From Flaccisagitta enflata (Eukaryota), in NCBI GenBank assembly GCA_965153355.1, contig OZ231126.1, positions 47,678,001-47,742,000 of the forward strand: a DNA stretch of 64,000 bases, in the 5' to 3' direction. The notes under the pieces are model-generated. The model did not search any database, was not told where the DNA came from, and saw nothing but the letters and a program-made list of their open reading frames with translations. Both the position numbers and the translations under genes were made by a program. Of the stretch, positions 38,674 through 52,248 are shown piece after piece (position 1 is the stretch's first letter; each line of letters starts with the position of its first letter).

Positions 38674-40329
38674 AGAAAAGAAGGAATGAGATTTAGTTGG
38701 AGTTGGCGATTCCGTTGTGTTTTCCCTTTGGCCAACCTCATTTTCCTTTGGCTCATGAGTCTCTCCTGACTCGGCCTCCAATCGCCGTCGGCTCTGCCCT
38801 CCGGCCAGCACAACTTTTTCAGAACCATCAGACACATTAGGCTGGAAAATTCTTGGATTGAAGTTTCATCTAAATCAGACTCTCTTGTAAGCCATCAGTA
38901 ACGTTAGGATCGAAAATTCTTGGATTAAAGCTTCATCTAACGCTGACTCTCTTGCAAGCGCTTGTTTTCTTTAGCCATCTATTGCATTAGATGGAAACTT
39001 CTAGGATAGGAGCTTTATCAAATACTTTCTACATCCATCAGTCAAAAGAGATGGAATTTTCTAGTATTGGAGGTCAATCTAATGCTGATCCTTTTTTTTC
39101 CCCAGTCATCTTTTATGCATGTTGGAGGACAGTTTTTCAAGACAGCCACACAGTGTGTTCTGTATATTTGCTCTCTCACAGAAATCTTGAGTTTAATTCG
39201 ACCAATGAGTAAATAAGATTTCACGACCCATGCTCACACACATGCTCATCCCACAGTGATATCTTCTAACTGCCCTTTGGAAATATTCCCTCCCCCTCCT
39301 CCACGCCCTCGATTGTGCGTCTGTCTCATTTTAAATTCCAAGAGATACATTCATGTGCTATAAAGCCTTATTGAAATTGAATTGAACTTTCAAGCCATAT
39401 TACCAATTGCATTTCCATCTCCCGATCACGATTCTTCGTTTTCAAATGTGTCTTACAATGATTCTGCTCTGATTCTGTTACGACGTCGCTCTGTCCTGAA
39501 ACTCCTGAGACAGATTCCTACCTGCCTAGACAGTACAGTAGACCCCTTCCTCAACGCCCCCACGCCAATTCCATCGCCAAACCTCGTCATCGACCCTCCC
39601 CTTCAACCTGTGTCCTCCTCCTCCTCACGCTCCTGCTCCATCTCCTCCTCACTTCCCCCTCCTCCTCCTCCTCCTCGGTCCTCCTCTCTTCCTTGCGAGT
39701 TGCGTCATTGCCTTCGCGCTTCGCCTCAGACTTGAACTTGTTCCGCGATTTCTCATCGTCGTTGAAAACTTCTGCCTCCTTCGGAACAAGTACATCTGTT
39801 TTTCATCGGTGGTTTACCGCTTAAACTGTAGAAGAAGAAAAAAAATTGGTTAAGAAGACTGTGCTCTCTAATATCGAAGTTTGGGGGCCATAAGTTCCGT
39901 GATTAAAACCTCTCTGATCTGAGTGATCTCATCTATATCTAGCAACGTCTCCGCGCAACTGACGCAAACGTCACGTGTCGAACCTTTTCGGTTTAACAAG
40001 GTAAGTCCAGTTGTATCCATTTCGGGGTATTTCAGACGACTTTTTCAGTTTGTGACCGACCGACAGACTGACGGGCCGAAAAGTGGCTTAGAGAAACACG
40101 TGTCTACGACCAAAATGATGATAGAGGAGTAGTGGGTACTATGATTTCTTTCTCGAACCCGCTACATCTGTCGTTCCATTTGTCGGTCGGCCCGCCCATC
40201 AATCGAAAACATTTTACTTTTTCTTTTTGCGTTGATGGGGGGCTTTAGTATCATTGTCCCTGCCAAATTGCTTGATTACTCATTGATTAGCCCACACTAT
40301 GAGCACCCCGTAGTACATTCATCATCCAA

Positions 40330-40780
40330 TTTACAAAAATGGCCAATTGGGTCATATAATGGCTCAAAATGATGGTCTTGGATTAGAGAAACACATTTAT
40401 GGGAGAAAAAACCTCTTGAGCCCCCTCTAAGGGCCCTTTAAGGGCCCTTAATGAGTAAAAAAAGAGCAGAAAACGGATTCCCTCAATTATACCATGAAAA
40501 ACCCTACAATAAATGACCAATTGGGTCATATAATGGCTCAAAATGATGGTCATGGACTAGAGAAACACATTTTTGGGAGAAAAAACCTCTTGGGCCCCCT
40601 CTAAGGGCCCTTTAAGTGCCCTTAATGAGTCAAAAATGGGCATAGAATGGATTCCCTCAATTATACCATGAAAAACACTACACAAAATGGCCAATTGGGC
40701 CATATAATGGATCAAAATGATGGTCATAGACTAGAGAAACACATTTCTGGGAGAAAAAACCTCTTGAGGCCCCCTCTAAA
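40330..40780. repeat. 174-bp tandem repeat, ~2.6 copies
   Basis: G(G/A)CCAATTGGG.CATATAATGG.TCAAAATGATGGTC recurs at 40341, 40515 and 40689. Confidence 0.9.
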
Positions 40781-41433
40781 GTTGCAAAAACCGCGGAAAA
40801 TTGCGAAAATTGCGAAAATCGCGAAAATCGCGTTTTTTTTCCTCGAAAAAGTAATTTCTTTTTTGAATATCTCCTAATATGTTCAGATATGTGCCCTAAT
40901 TTTTTTACCAGATGCTCATTAGGTTGTTGGGATTAGGTGGAGACCTTCAAAACAGGTGGCAAGGTGGTGGCCTGGGGGTTTTTTTAAGCATTTTGGGCTC
41001 GGGGTCACCCTTCGCCGTAGTACATTCTTTGTTAGCATGCCAACTTTGGAACCTCATAGCGCGGCCAAAAATCAATGAAATTCAAAAATAAAAGTACCTA
41101 CATATCCCTTAAGTCATGTATTTTCTGCAGGAAAAATCTCAGCCAAATCTAAGACATTGAGATTTTTGACCCATGACACCTGACCACCCCCAAAATGGCC
41201 GATTTACATAGGGGGAGGGTACTTCCCGACGACCCAAATGGCTGAAATTTTGGCTGAGAGGTTTTTTGGACTAAACTAGTTAACTGATAAAGAAAAATGG
41301 ACCAAAATGTCATTTTTCTGGAAAATGCCCTTTAATTTTTAAGATGGATGCGACCTGCTCCCTGTGGCCCATTCCATCATTACCCCAGCCCGCCTGTAAG
41401 CGACTTGGAATTGGATAGCCGAATATTCAGTCT

Positions 41434-41654
41434 TTTTTAGTTGCGGACACGCAACTCTATAAGAGGCTTTGTCCGTCCGTCCGTTGGTCCGTTGGTCCGT
41501 TGGAAGCGGTCATCGAGTTGAATAGTGGAGAAATGAGCGTTTTAGATACTTTTAGTGTACGTTTGTGTGTTGGCGGTGGGTTAGGGTGTGGATGGGGAGT
41601 TGGATGCCCCTGCCCACCCGTCCGCAACGATATTGTGACCCCGCGTCACTTGTT
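41434..41654 (+). mobile_element. DINE-1/HINE-like element. A sister copy lies in reverse at ~52353-52553.
   Basis: TTTTTAGTTGCGGACACGCAACTCTATAAGAGG, (GTCC)n, GTCCGCAAC subTIR, hairpin GTGACCCCGCGTCAC, TTGTT. Confidence 0.75.
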
Positions 41655-41999
41655 AGACGCTGGTAGCCTGGTTCACGACTCAACAAGTGGTCGACCGTTG
41701 GTTCGTCGATCCTAAGGTTTGTCCACCTATGACACTTGAGACTTGAGGCAAGAAAGGCCGGGTACACGGCTATCCTAGTCGCGTGCAGGTGGGCAGGGGT
41801 AGTGACAAAAATGTAGAATAAGCATTTGGTCAGGGGTTATTTGCGAAAATCGCCCAAAAACCCCTGTATATTGAGCATCTTGTCAGAATGGACATACTAT
41901 AAGTCTCATAATGACGATATGGTTCAAGTGCAAAAAGTGTCAAAAACATATTGGATCAAGATGCATTTTAGCCCGATCATAAGAGAAACAATTGATTAA

Positions 42000-42249
42000 G
42001 GGCGTGTTTCTAGTAAGCGCCAAAAACGCGTTTGTTTCCGTGAAACGCGATAACAGCATGAACACATATTCAAGACTTTCAACTGTCCTACGAGGGAGTG
42101 AGCGAAGTGAGAGAGCGAGCCCGTGAACAGAGCGAGCGAGCGGAGCGCTGCGAAGCGAGTGAGCGGAGTAAGCGGTGCGAGCGAACGAACGTAGCGAGCG
42201 ACCAAGTGGCCCTTTCAAAACGCGATCGTCTTTGACTAGAAACGCCCCC
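42000..42249. mobile_element. PIF/Harbinger (Tourist-like) MITE, TAA TSD. A related diverged copy lies at ~26885-27112.
   Basis: TAA|GGGCGTGTTTCTAGT ... ACTAGAAACGCCCCC|TAA, with a (GAGC)n-rich core. Confidence 0.75.
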
Positions 42250-43326
42250 TAAGTGGATTAGATTAAATATGAAGCAAATCGCCCACATAGTACAAGATGA
42301 AGATTGCACTGCATTATGCAAATGATATTTCTGTGCATAAGTCGAAAGTCAGAGGAAAATGAAATGTCAGTGTTTGGTCAGTGTATTTTTAGTTGCGTGC
42401 ACGCGTCTCTACACCTTGCTCTGTCGGTCGGTCGGTCCGTCTGTCGGTCCGTCACATTTTTAAATTTTGGACTTTTTGGGTAGAATAAGCTGTTTCTAAA
42501 ATTAGATTTGTTTGTTCTAATGGGACTGAAACATCTATTGGAAAATTAAACGTTACAGGGAAGAGTTATGTTATGCTAAGCGGAAAAGATCATCATTAAG
42601 AGACATGCAAATGTGAAAAGTAAAGTTGAATTATTACTATTAGCTATTACATATTCAGTAGTCATTTCTCATGTAAACACAGGTGACTGACCAACCGACA
42701 GCCGGACCAACTGACAAACTTAGGGGCCCTAGCAGGGTATACATGTATATTGTATAGAGAACTTTGCGTGCACTCGACCAAAAAGAGGACAGAGTTCAAA
42801 GAAATATACAGTTAAACACATATGAATACGAAATCTTAAACAGCAAACTAACATATAAGATGTTGAAATGGGAAAAATAGCGAAAGCGAGTGAGAGAGAA
42901 AGAGAGATGCTGGAAGCGAAATATACATAGAAAGGTGCTGGAGGGAACAAAGGAGCGTTGGACGTGGAAATGCCCGAGGCGCAATATGATGTTTAGATCT
43001 AAGAAAAGGTTTCGTCCGCCTCGAGCGTTGGTTTCGATTTTGAATGAAGACCGCCTCCAGCGAAAAACCAGGATCTCCGCTTGATGATGATGATGATGAT
43101 GAAGGGGTTAGAAAGGGGCATAAGAGGGGGCGGGGGAAGGCATGGGAAGTGGGATCTGGTAATAAGCAGCGATGGAAGTAATAGAATATCTGCGCGTTTA
43201 TATTCAATGGGTATCATTCAAACTCATATAGTCGAACCTCGCTAGGGCACACCGCTTATAAGGCATAGCCGCTTATAAGGCAGTATATCGCTGTGGAACG
43301 TGCCTGAAAGAATCATCGGTATACAG

Positions 43327-43664
43327 TAGGGGTGGGGGAAATGCACTTTAGTCAACAGATCAAGTTGCAGATGAAGGAAATGTCATAATATGATAAGAAT
43401 AGATAGTATGCCAAGTTTCAGGGCCTTTGGAACAGTTTCAGCCTAGCCCTCCACCCCCCTGATTTACCATAGAAAATGTATAGGAATGATTTTGGCCTCA
43501 AAAGTTTCCTATCTTTTATAATGGGGCAGGAGGGGGGTGGAGGGCTAGGCTAAAACTGTTCCAAAGGCCCTGAAACTTGGCATACTATCTATTCTTATCT
43601 TATCATGACATTTCCTTCATCTGCAACTTGATCTGTTGACTAAAGTGCATTTCCCCCACCCCTA
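43327..43664. mobile_element. hAT-type MITE with ~130-bp TIRs, 8-bp TSD GTATACAG
   Basis: GTATACAG|TAGGGGTGGGGGAAATGCACTTTAGTCAACAGATCAAGTTGCAGATG ... CATCTGCAACTTGATCTGTTGACTAAAGTGCATTTCCCCCACCCCTA|GTATACAG. Confidence 0.92.
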
Positions 43665-44277
43665 GTATACAGTCAAATTGCCGCCTCAGACTCAGGATAA
43701 CATTGCACAAATCAAAAAAAAGATTTTCAAATTTAGTCATTTCCACTGGTAGAAAAATCAGGGATAACCTTTGGCTGCGAAGCCACATGCTTTCTGATCA
43801 TGAAACACCACTTATAACCAATGGCAAAGCTCTTTGTTTCGGAGAAAGCTGTCTTTTATCTATCATCTTGAGTGAAGTGCTCAGACACAGGCAGACTGAC
43901 ATATCAAATGACAAAGTCTTTATGAAAGAATCTTAACTTTAAGATTAATCAAGTTACTTTGAACACTTTTTAGGCTTCTGATGATCCCAAAACCCACATT
44001 TTTCCCGATTATTACATGTAACTGATCGATGACATATGCAGACCCTAAAGACCACTGATGATAACAACGGTCACCTAATTTTGCAAAAGAAAAAAAATGA
44101 AAGAGGAAATAAAAACTCAAACATAAAATACGGTCTTTTCACCGAGATGGCAGTATCGGTCAAGTTCAGAAATTAACTGGCCAATGGACAATTCGAGAGG
44201 TCGGCTTCTTGTCGAAGGAGATAATCATAAAATCTGATGCAACTTTGCAAATTTAGATCGATGACAGCTCGCTTACA

Positions 44278-44337
<60 letters not shown>

Positions 44338-44885
44338 GACAGACTAAAAATGGCGTCGAAAAGGATTTGTCAAGAGAAACAATTGGCCAAATTGACAGTT
44401 CATTGAAACAAAAACAGTCCATAAACACAGTTGTCCCAGTTCAATAAAACAAATTACACAACCAGATACCAAAAATGAAGACGGCGACAACAAAAAAAAA
44501 ATGATGACGGCAACAACATTAAAAACGAAAACAACAACAGCAACAACAAGCCCGACCGGGCAACGATGCGTCCGGGCTGTGTCTCTGCGTGTATTGACTA
44601 TTGAACATGTGACATATATGGAGAGACACATGGACAAACAGGCAGATGAAACGACTAGAGTAGTAAATAAGGCTCTCAAAACATGTTTGTCGATCATTTG
44701 AGTCAGTACAGGATCTCATCGTGGTCAAAAACAGCCGAGAAACGCGGTTTTTGCAGTTGCGTAACGGACGGACATACGGACGGACGGACCGACGAACGGA
44801 CAGACCCTCTTACAGTTATGCGTTCCTGACGAACGCATCTAAAAACAACAGCAACCGTGATTTTGACGTAGCAACAACGAGGACG

Positions 44886-45047
44886 TTTTTAGTCGCGGAC
44901 AAGCGACTCTATAAGAGGCTTTGTCCGTCCGTCCGTTGGTCGGTCGGTCGGTCCGTTGGTGAGCACGAGTCGAAAAGTGGAAAAAACAGCGTTTCCGCCC
45001 CTGCCCACCCGTCCGCGACTGGTATTGGCCGTGTATCCGGCCTTGTT
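44886..45047 (+). mobile_element. DINE-1/HINE-like element, the cleanest copy. Others lie at ~33533-33768 (+), 34700-34905 (-), 47582-47729 (-) and 48846-49025 (-).
   Basis: TTTTT-AGTCGCGGAC...(GTCC/GGTC)n...GTCCGCGACT-..-GGCCGTGTATCCGGCC-TTGTT. Confidence 0.8.
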
Positions 45048-45849
45048 ATGTTGAAGACTACTCCGAGTCGTCATTGACAGAACGAAGTCCTTGGAGCAGC
45101 CTCGAGCCGTTCCATGAGTTGAATCTCGGCCTTGGGCGGAGGCAAAGCCAAGAATGGGTTTACTGAACAACGCTTTCAGCCGACAGCGTCCAACGCAACA
45201 AACGAAGACGACGATGAAGATGAAAATAAGGACAACGATGATGACGAGGACACCGACGATGACAATGACGAACAAGGCTGGAAACACGGCTACCGAAGTC
45301 GCGTGCGGGTGGGCAGCGGCTAACTTGGGGCAGGAGCAGTGTCGTAAAAGACGCCCAAAAACGCAAAAAAAAAAAACCTACGAAGACCGACGGACCGACC
45401 CACATAGCAAGGCGACTAAAAACACAGAAGACGAAAACAATGTCAACGACGACAGTAACGACAGTAACGCCAATGATTAAAACTACGACAACGACTATGA
45501 CTAAAACAAGAACAACGATAATGACCAAAACAGTGACAATGGCTATGATGACATTGATGCTGACGAGGAAAAAAACGACAAAGACGATGACGACGTTGAC
45601 GGAAACAACAACGACGGCCATGACGAAAACAACAACGATAACGACAATCTCATGCGCCCTCAGCAAAGAATCGCCTCGCCCCTGCTCTTGGCTACTCAGT
45701 ACTCATTTCAACGTTTCTCTCTTTGTTTTCTCCATTGGACCAACTATCTCACCAGAAGAGTCAGACATACATTCAAACACACACACACAAGCTGAATTAA
45801 AAACTTCGAAATGTCGAAAATGTAATCATTTTGTATTGTATCAAATATT

Positions 45850-45955
<106 letters not shown>

Positions 45956-47093
45956 CATGCGTACATGTACTGAATGAATTTAATTTATGACTGACTAAAT
46001 GAAATTATTTATTATTGTAAATATTTACCATATTTACCGTCCAAGTACTAATTCTTTGTAATTGTGTACGATTATGTGATCCTAATGGACATTAAATCAA
46101 TCAATCAATCAATCAATCTCTCTCTCTCTGCGACAGTGACCAAACGCGCGATGTTGCGTAACATCGCGATTCACCATTTCAAATGGCATTTGGCCTTCGG
46201 GACGTATGATTCTCTCCGCCCGCCTTCCTTATTACGACATACATGTATCGAGTGACCACAATATTCTCTTATTTCGGGCGACAAACGATTTTTACCTCAG
46301 ATTGCGTTTTGCCACGAACGAACCGGATGCGACCTCATCATCATCATCAGCTCCTTTTCTGGTCAGCGTCGTAGGCAAGATGAAGAAAATGCCGCACAGC
46401 CATGCCCCGTTAGTAAAGTGAAAGAAAATTATGTATTTACAATGCGATCGAAATCAAAGAAAAGTAGAACTTTAGATAAGAATTAAGATTACTCTTTTAA
46501 ATAAACGATGTTTAAACAAGGATGTTTTTTGACAATTGCATCTCAAGATAAATCATTTTTAAAAGTTTCCTTCCTCCTAGACAAGGGGTTTTCAATAATG
46601 AAGAAAAAAATATTTGAAAATTTTTACATCACTCAATTTTCATTCTCAAATATCTGATGTGCTTCATTTAGTTTGAGTTTGAACACCCTGTGTTCGGCAA
46701 GGAGGCATTGAGCGTTAACTGCGGCAGTAAGGCTCCGTAGATGCTTCACGTTAAGTCAGAAGAATCGCTGAAGGGTAGATGCTGCATAAAGAAATAAAAC
46801 TGCTCGAAGGGAATGCTGCAAAAAAAAGCTGCGGGGTTTCGCACCAACGGCCCGAACGCTGCCGCATTGCCGCAATTACGACTGCAGCAGATGAGAAAAG
46901 CGAGAATTGCTTCAAAACAGCTTGGGTGCTTCTTTCTTAACCTTAAGGGGGTTCATTTTTTTTACTTGCCATAGCAAGACTAAACTTCTATCTCAAATTG
47001 ACTGTCTGATATTAGGCAAACTACGTCTGTGTATTCCGTCCTGTTCCTCTTTCTTATTCTCGACACCCCCCCCCCCTTTCTCTCTTTTTATTT

Positions 47094-47193
<100 letters not shown>

Positions 47194-48676
47194 TTCCTCT
47201 ATTTTCAAATTTGAAGAAAAAAAAAAGACTCCTGGGCGCCTTTCTTCTTCCTCCTCACCAAAAAATTTCAGCCTCCTTTCCAATTTATGATAAATATCCT
47301 GAAGGCTTTAAATTCGATTTCAATGAGAAAATTTGGCCCGAATGATAGCTCCGGGCTCACGAGTAACATGTGCAAAAACAACTCCTTCGTCTTACCAACA
47401 TACGCGCAATTATGCGCATGTAAAGCTAAGGCTTTGCAAATTTGGTTTGAAATGGAAAACAAACGTAAATGCAACCAAAGACGAAAGTCCCTATCAAGGA
47501 TATTAAACATACATGAATATGATATGTATTTGGTGCAAACGATTAGTATTTTCAACAGTCGAATGATGGAATAAAGACTTAAACAAGGCCGGATACACGA
47601 TCAATACCAGTTGCGGACGGGTGGGCAGGGGCGGAAATGCGCGTTTTCACACATTTCGACTAGTGTTCACGGACGGACGTACGGACCAACGGAAAGGGCT
47701 CTTATAGAGTTGCGTGTCCGCAATAAAAAATGGGTACACATACATGCAGTTTTATAGAAGAAAGCCTGAATTTTCGAGCATTTTGGCATACCCATGAAAG
47801 TTGAAACAACATTGCCCTTATAAAAGGAGGCCAGAATTCTCCAATATACAAAGGATGAAAGCCTTGCAAGCTTTCAATGGTGTTTACTCTGGATTGCTCA
47901 CAACTATCCTTTACTACTGACAAGCAAAAAGCTTACCTGACATAATACATAATTCACGCTCGAAAATTCGTCACCATACATACGATGTCTCAATAGTCGA
48001 ATACATCTTACATGTCTGATGAAATTCATTAGGGGTGTTTAATTAACATTGGTTTAACTAGTCAACTTTTGCGGGTGGGCAGGGGCTATAAGGGTCATTG
48101 GGCAGAAAGAGTGACACTAACCGACGGCTCGTTACGACCGTGAAATGGGGTAAAGTAAGGTGTTCTCGCCCTCGTTCTGCTCTACGAATATTAGAGTGTA
48201 AAGCAGTTGGCCTGAAAAAACTATGGGTCGCCGACAGACCGACCAATGGACATAATCATTGTAAGAATAGAAAGCCGCCATGTTCGCCAAAATCATTTGG
48301 CTTGCTTCGGCCAATGCCTCTATATTATGGGCTTTATGGCCAATGCTGAAGGCTAATTCGAGCATCGAGCATAAATCATGCATTCGTGTTAAAACAGAAA
48401 TGCATCAAATCATCGATGTCATTACTGTAACACGATCCACGCGTGGTTAGGTAACGCCACTAACAACAATGTCAAAGCATCCAAATTGACCACCCGAGTA
48501 AATTACCCCGAGGATCTTCATGGGCACGAGCACACCACCAAGCGGGCTCATCTGTCAGTCCGTTGTTCATTGAAATCTTCCCCCGCCCTTTTCGCCAAGA
48601 AGAGGAAGAAAGAGAGAAAGAAAAAAAAATGAAAAAAAGAATGAAAGATAGAAAGAAAGAACGAAAGAAGGAAGGA

Positions 48677-48712
<36 letters not shown>

Positions 48713-49500
48713 AAAAAGATTGAAAAAAAAAGAAAATGTAAAAAAAAATGAGTAAAGGATAAAATGAAGGATAGAGGGGAAAAAAAGAAAGAAAAAAGGT
48801 AAGAAAACAGATAACAAACAAGAAATTAAGTATAAAATAGTATCTTAACAAGGCCCGAGTCGCGTGCAAGTGGGCAGGGGCAGTGGTGAAGTAGATCAGC
48901 TAGGCAGTTGGGCAGGAGCTGTAACCCCAAAACCGTAAACGCCGAAAAAGCAAAATGTTACCGACCGACAAACGGACCGACCGACGGACAGAGCAAGTTG
49001 TAGAATCGCGTGCACGCGACTAATGATAAGGCATACAGTGGAGCACAGGTATAGCAAACTCGCTAATGAGGCAGCCCGCTCTAAAGAAATTGAACTTGCT
49101 GTCCCAGATGAGATGTTATTATCTCTACATAGGCATAAGGCAGCTTCAGTCCGTTTCGCGGTTTTAACAGAAACTTGACAAATAGATAGACGGACATGAC
49201 AGAACATAATCAGGGTGTGCCGCTCGCTTCAAAGCGTCTCCACGGGTTGACGCACAAATAACTAAACCAAACGTAAAGCGAATGGCGACGCTGAGCGGAA
49301 TATCTCCCTCCGACAGCCTATTTTCCTCACATCCGCTAATAATCTCGGTCCCGGTCTTAATGAGATCAACCAATTGCTTTACCAACGGCTTCCATCTCCA
49401 CAACTTCCAGATTATAGAGCTTTTTGTAACAAGTCTTTATATAAGTTATAAGTTTCATCATCTGAAAGAAGGGAGAAGAGAGAGAGAAAGGAGAGAGGAT

Positions 49501-49547
<47 letters not shown>

Positions 49548-49833
49548 GGGTGGGAACCCCGACCGAGGCGAGGGATAACCCAATAAGCGCAAATGAGGAC
49601 GCCTTCAGGGGACATAAACAGTCCAGAAAGACAAAATCTAATTTGAGTATATACTGGCGAAAATTCCGCGTATCCCTGGCAACAATTAAAAACCTTTCTA
49701 ATTAAAAAGCCTTCAAGTAACTTCGCAAGAGTTGGCTTTATTTACCCCTTGGAATTGGATACCGAAATGCGGGTGATTTAGTTTTTAGATGCATCCTCCC
49801 ATCTCTAATATAAGAGGCTTAGTCCATCCGTCC

Positions 49834-49928
<95 letters not shown>

Positions 49929-50752
49929 CAACTTTGTATGAAGATGGGAGTTGATTAAAATGTGAGGACGCATGTGTCGGTCGAATTCCGACCTGGTTTG
50001 ATGATTCTTCGCAACCCCAAGCGTATCCAGGTATATCCATTATCTAGATACCTCATTTATACAAGTCCATAAAAATACTCCTTTTTCAATAGGATTGCAA
50101 AACTGAAAATGACAATTTTTTCATTTTTTTTATGCCATTTTTAAACGAATAAAGCTAGAAATACCAGATTGGAGCCAAATGAAAGATCTTTTTGAGATCT
50201 TCAAAATGGTTTAAGATTTTGTTTGATTATTATGAAATTTAATGTGATAAATTGTCATTTAAAAGTGCGGCTTTTTTTTTTATTCGCATAGTACTTATAC
50301 GACTCATGTTGCCGTCGAAATTCTTTCCATTCTATGACCGCCCTCTACTTCCTCGTTGTATCAAAACTTCACAACGAATTCTTGGCCTTTTTCTCTCATT
50401 TGGTTATTTTGCGTTGGCCGGCGGCGGCATGTTGGTGTAATTACACTTCTTCCTCATGTTCCCTTTCCTAAGGCCGCTTGGTTCTTCTCATCCGCCGCCA
50501 CCGCCACCACCATCAACGCCGCCGCCGCTAAGGGCACTAGTGGTATGAACGACATCGAGCATTTCCAAAACCTCCGTTTTTTCTATCCGTCCGTCCGTCC
50601 GCTGGTTTTTGAGTGTTCATAAAAAGTGTATATGATTACAGTATAACAATATTACAATAATACAAAGGAACAAGTTTAGAATTGTCTCGGCTCAGGGGCC
50701 ACTAGTTAATCAAAAATCGCCGTAATTACCACATTTTAATTCCCCTAATAAC

Positions 50753-51068
50753 CAGGGGTGTATATTATTGAGTCGCTTTTGATTTCCCCTTCCCCCCTAC
50801 CTTTGATTTTCTTCCCCGCAATATATTGCGTCGCATTTTAAAATTATGGTTTTCTACCCTACAAAGCAATAAAACAGTGTAGTTAAGGTTTAGATAATGT
50901 TAGATTGTGTTATACTAACAAGTTTTTATGATTTGGTACTGTTAAAAGTTTTATTTTCTCCAAATATTCTTTTTTTTCTCTTTTTCCCCCCTTTGATTTC
51001 CTTCTCCATTTCCAAACCCTTTGATTCCCCCCCCACCAGGGGGGGGGACTCAATGATATACAGGCCTG
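50753..51068. mobile_element. hAT-type MITE, 8-bp TSD CTAATAAC
   Basis: CTAATAAC|CAGGGGTGTATATTATTGAGTC ... GACTCAATGATATACAGGCCTG|CTAATAAC. Confidence 0.88.
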
Positions 51069-51327
51069 CTAATAACTCTTAACGACAATTTTAAATTTCT
51101 TCAAAGTAATGTTAAGGTTGTGTTGTGGCCTGTGGGGGGGGGGATTGCATCAACACATCTTGCATTTCTGCCAACCTTCTCCAGCTCAACAGTATTTCAC
51201 TAGTGCCGTTGTGAAATTGTGTACAAACCTCTCAACCGTATTAAATTGTTCTCAACCTTCTCTAATTGGGCGCATCGACAGAGTAGTGACACATATGGGC
51301 GCGGCATATGAGAAACTTCCACTTCCT

Positions 51328-51692
51328 GCAACAACAAAGCGACATGGCCGTAGGAGGGGGTTTTCTATTGGGTTGAGTCAACTAATGTGTTGTTCTAAAG
51401 GGACTTACTTCCCATCAGGGTGGAATTTGGTTGTCTGTGTACTACACAGTGTGTAGGTGGGTTGAGTGGCCTTATATGTCGTTTGGGAGTTAATTTCCAT
51501 CCGGATGAGATTTGGTGGTCTCTGTGAGTAGATTGAGCAAGCTATTGTGTCGTTAGGGACTATTTTTCCATCAGGGTGGGATCTGGTGGTCTGTAAAGGT
51601 GGGTTGAGCGGGCAAATAGGTCTTTACAAACTTATTACCCGTCAGGATGGGATTTGGTGGTCTGTGCAATGGCAACAACAAACCGACATGGC
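51328..51692. repeat. Degenerate ~75-bp tandem array (4 units) bracketed by direct repeats GCAACAACAAA.CGACATGGC
   Basis: CCATCAGGGTGG.ATTTGGTGGTCTGTG recurs at ~51412, 51497, 51568 and 51639. Confidence 0.7.
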
Positions 51693-51877
51693 AACTTGTA
51701 CATGGTTTTAAAATCTCTGTGAATTCACTGTGAAGATGAGTTGAAAAAATTGGATGAATTCATCGAGGCACCATCGCTTTAGGGCTTCTGTACCACTGCC
51801 CAAGACATAATTTGGTCTTGGGTTAACTATCATCTGTAGTCAGAATCTGGATTTGAATCCTCCCTTGACGAGGCGAC

Positions 51878-52007
<130 letters not shown>

Positions 52008-52072
52008 TGTGAGTGAGTGAGTGAGAGTGGGAGAGAGAGAGAGAGAGTGAGTGAGTGAGTGAGTGAGTGAGT

Positions 52073-52129
<57 letters not shown>

Positions 52130-52182
52130 TGTGAGAGAGTGAGTGAGAGGGGGAGAGAGAGAGTGAGTGCGAGCGCGAGTGC

Positions 52183-52248
<66 letters not shown>

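Noticed and set aside
51400-51670. CRISPR-like array
   Set aside because: Eukaryotic context, degenerate repeats, spacers related to each other and no cas genes.
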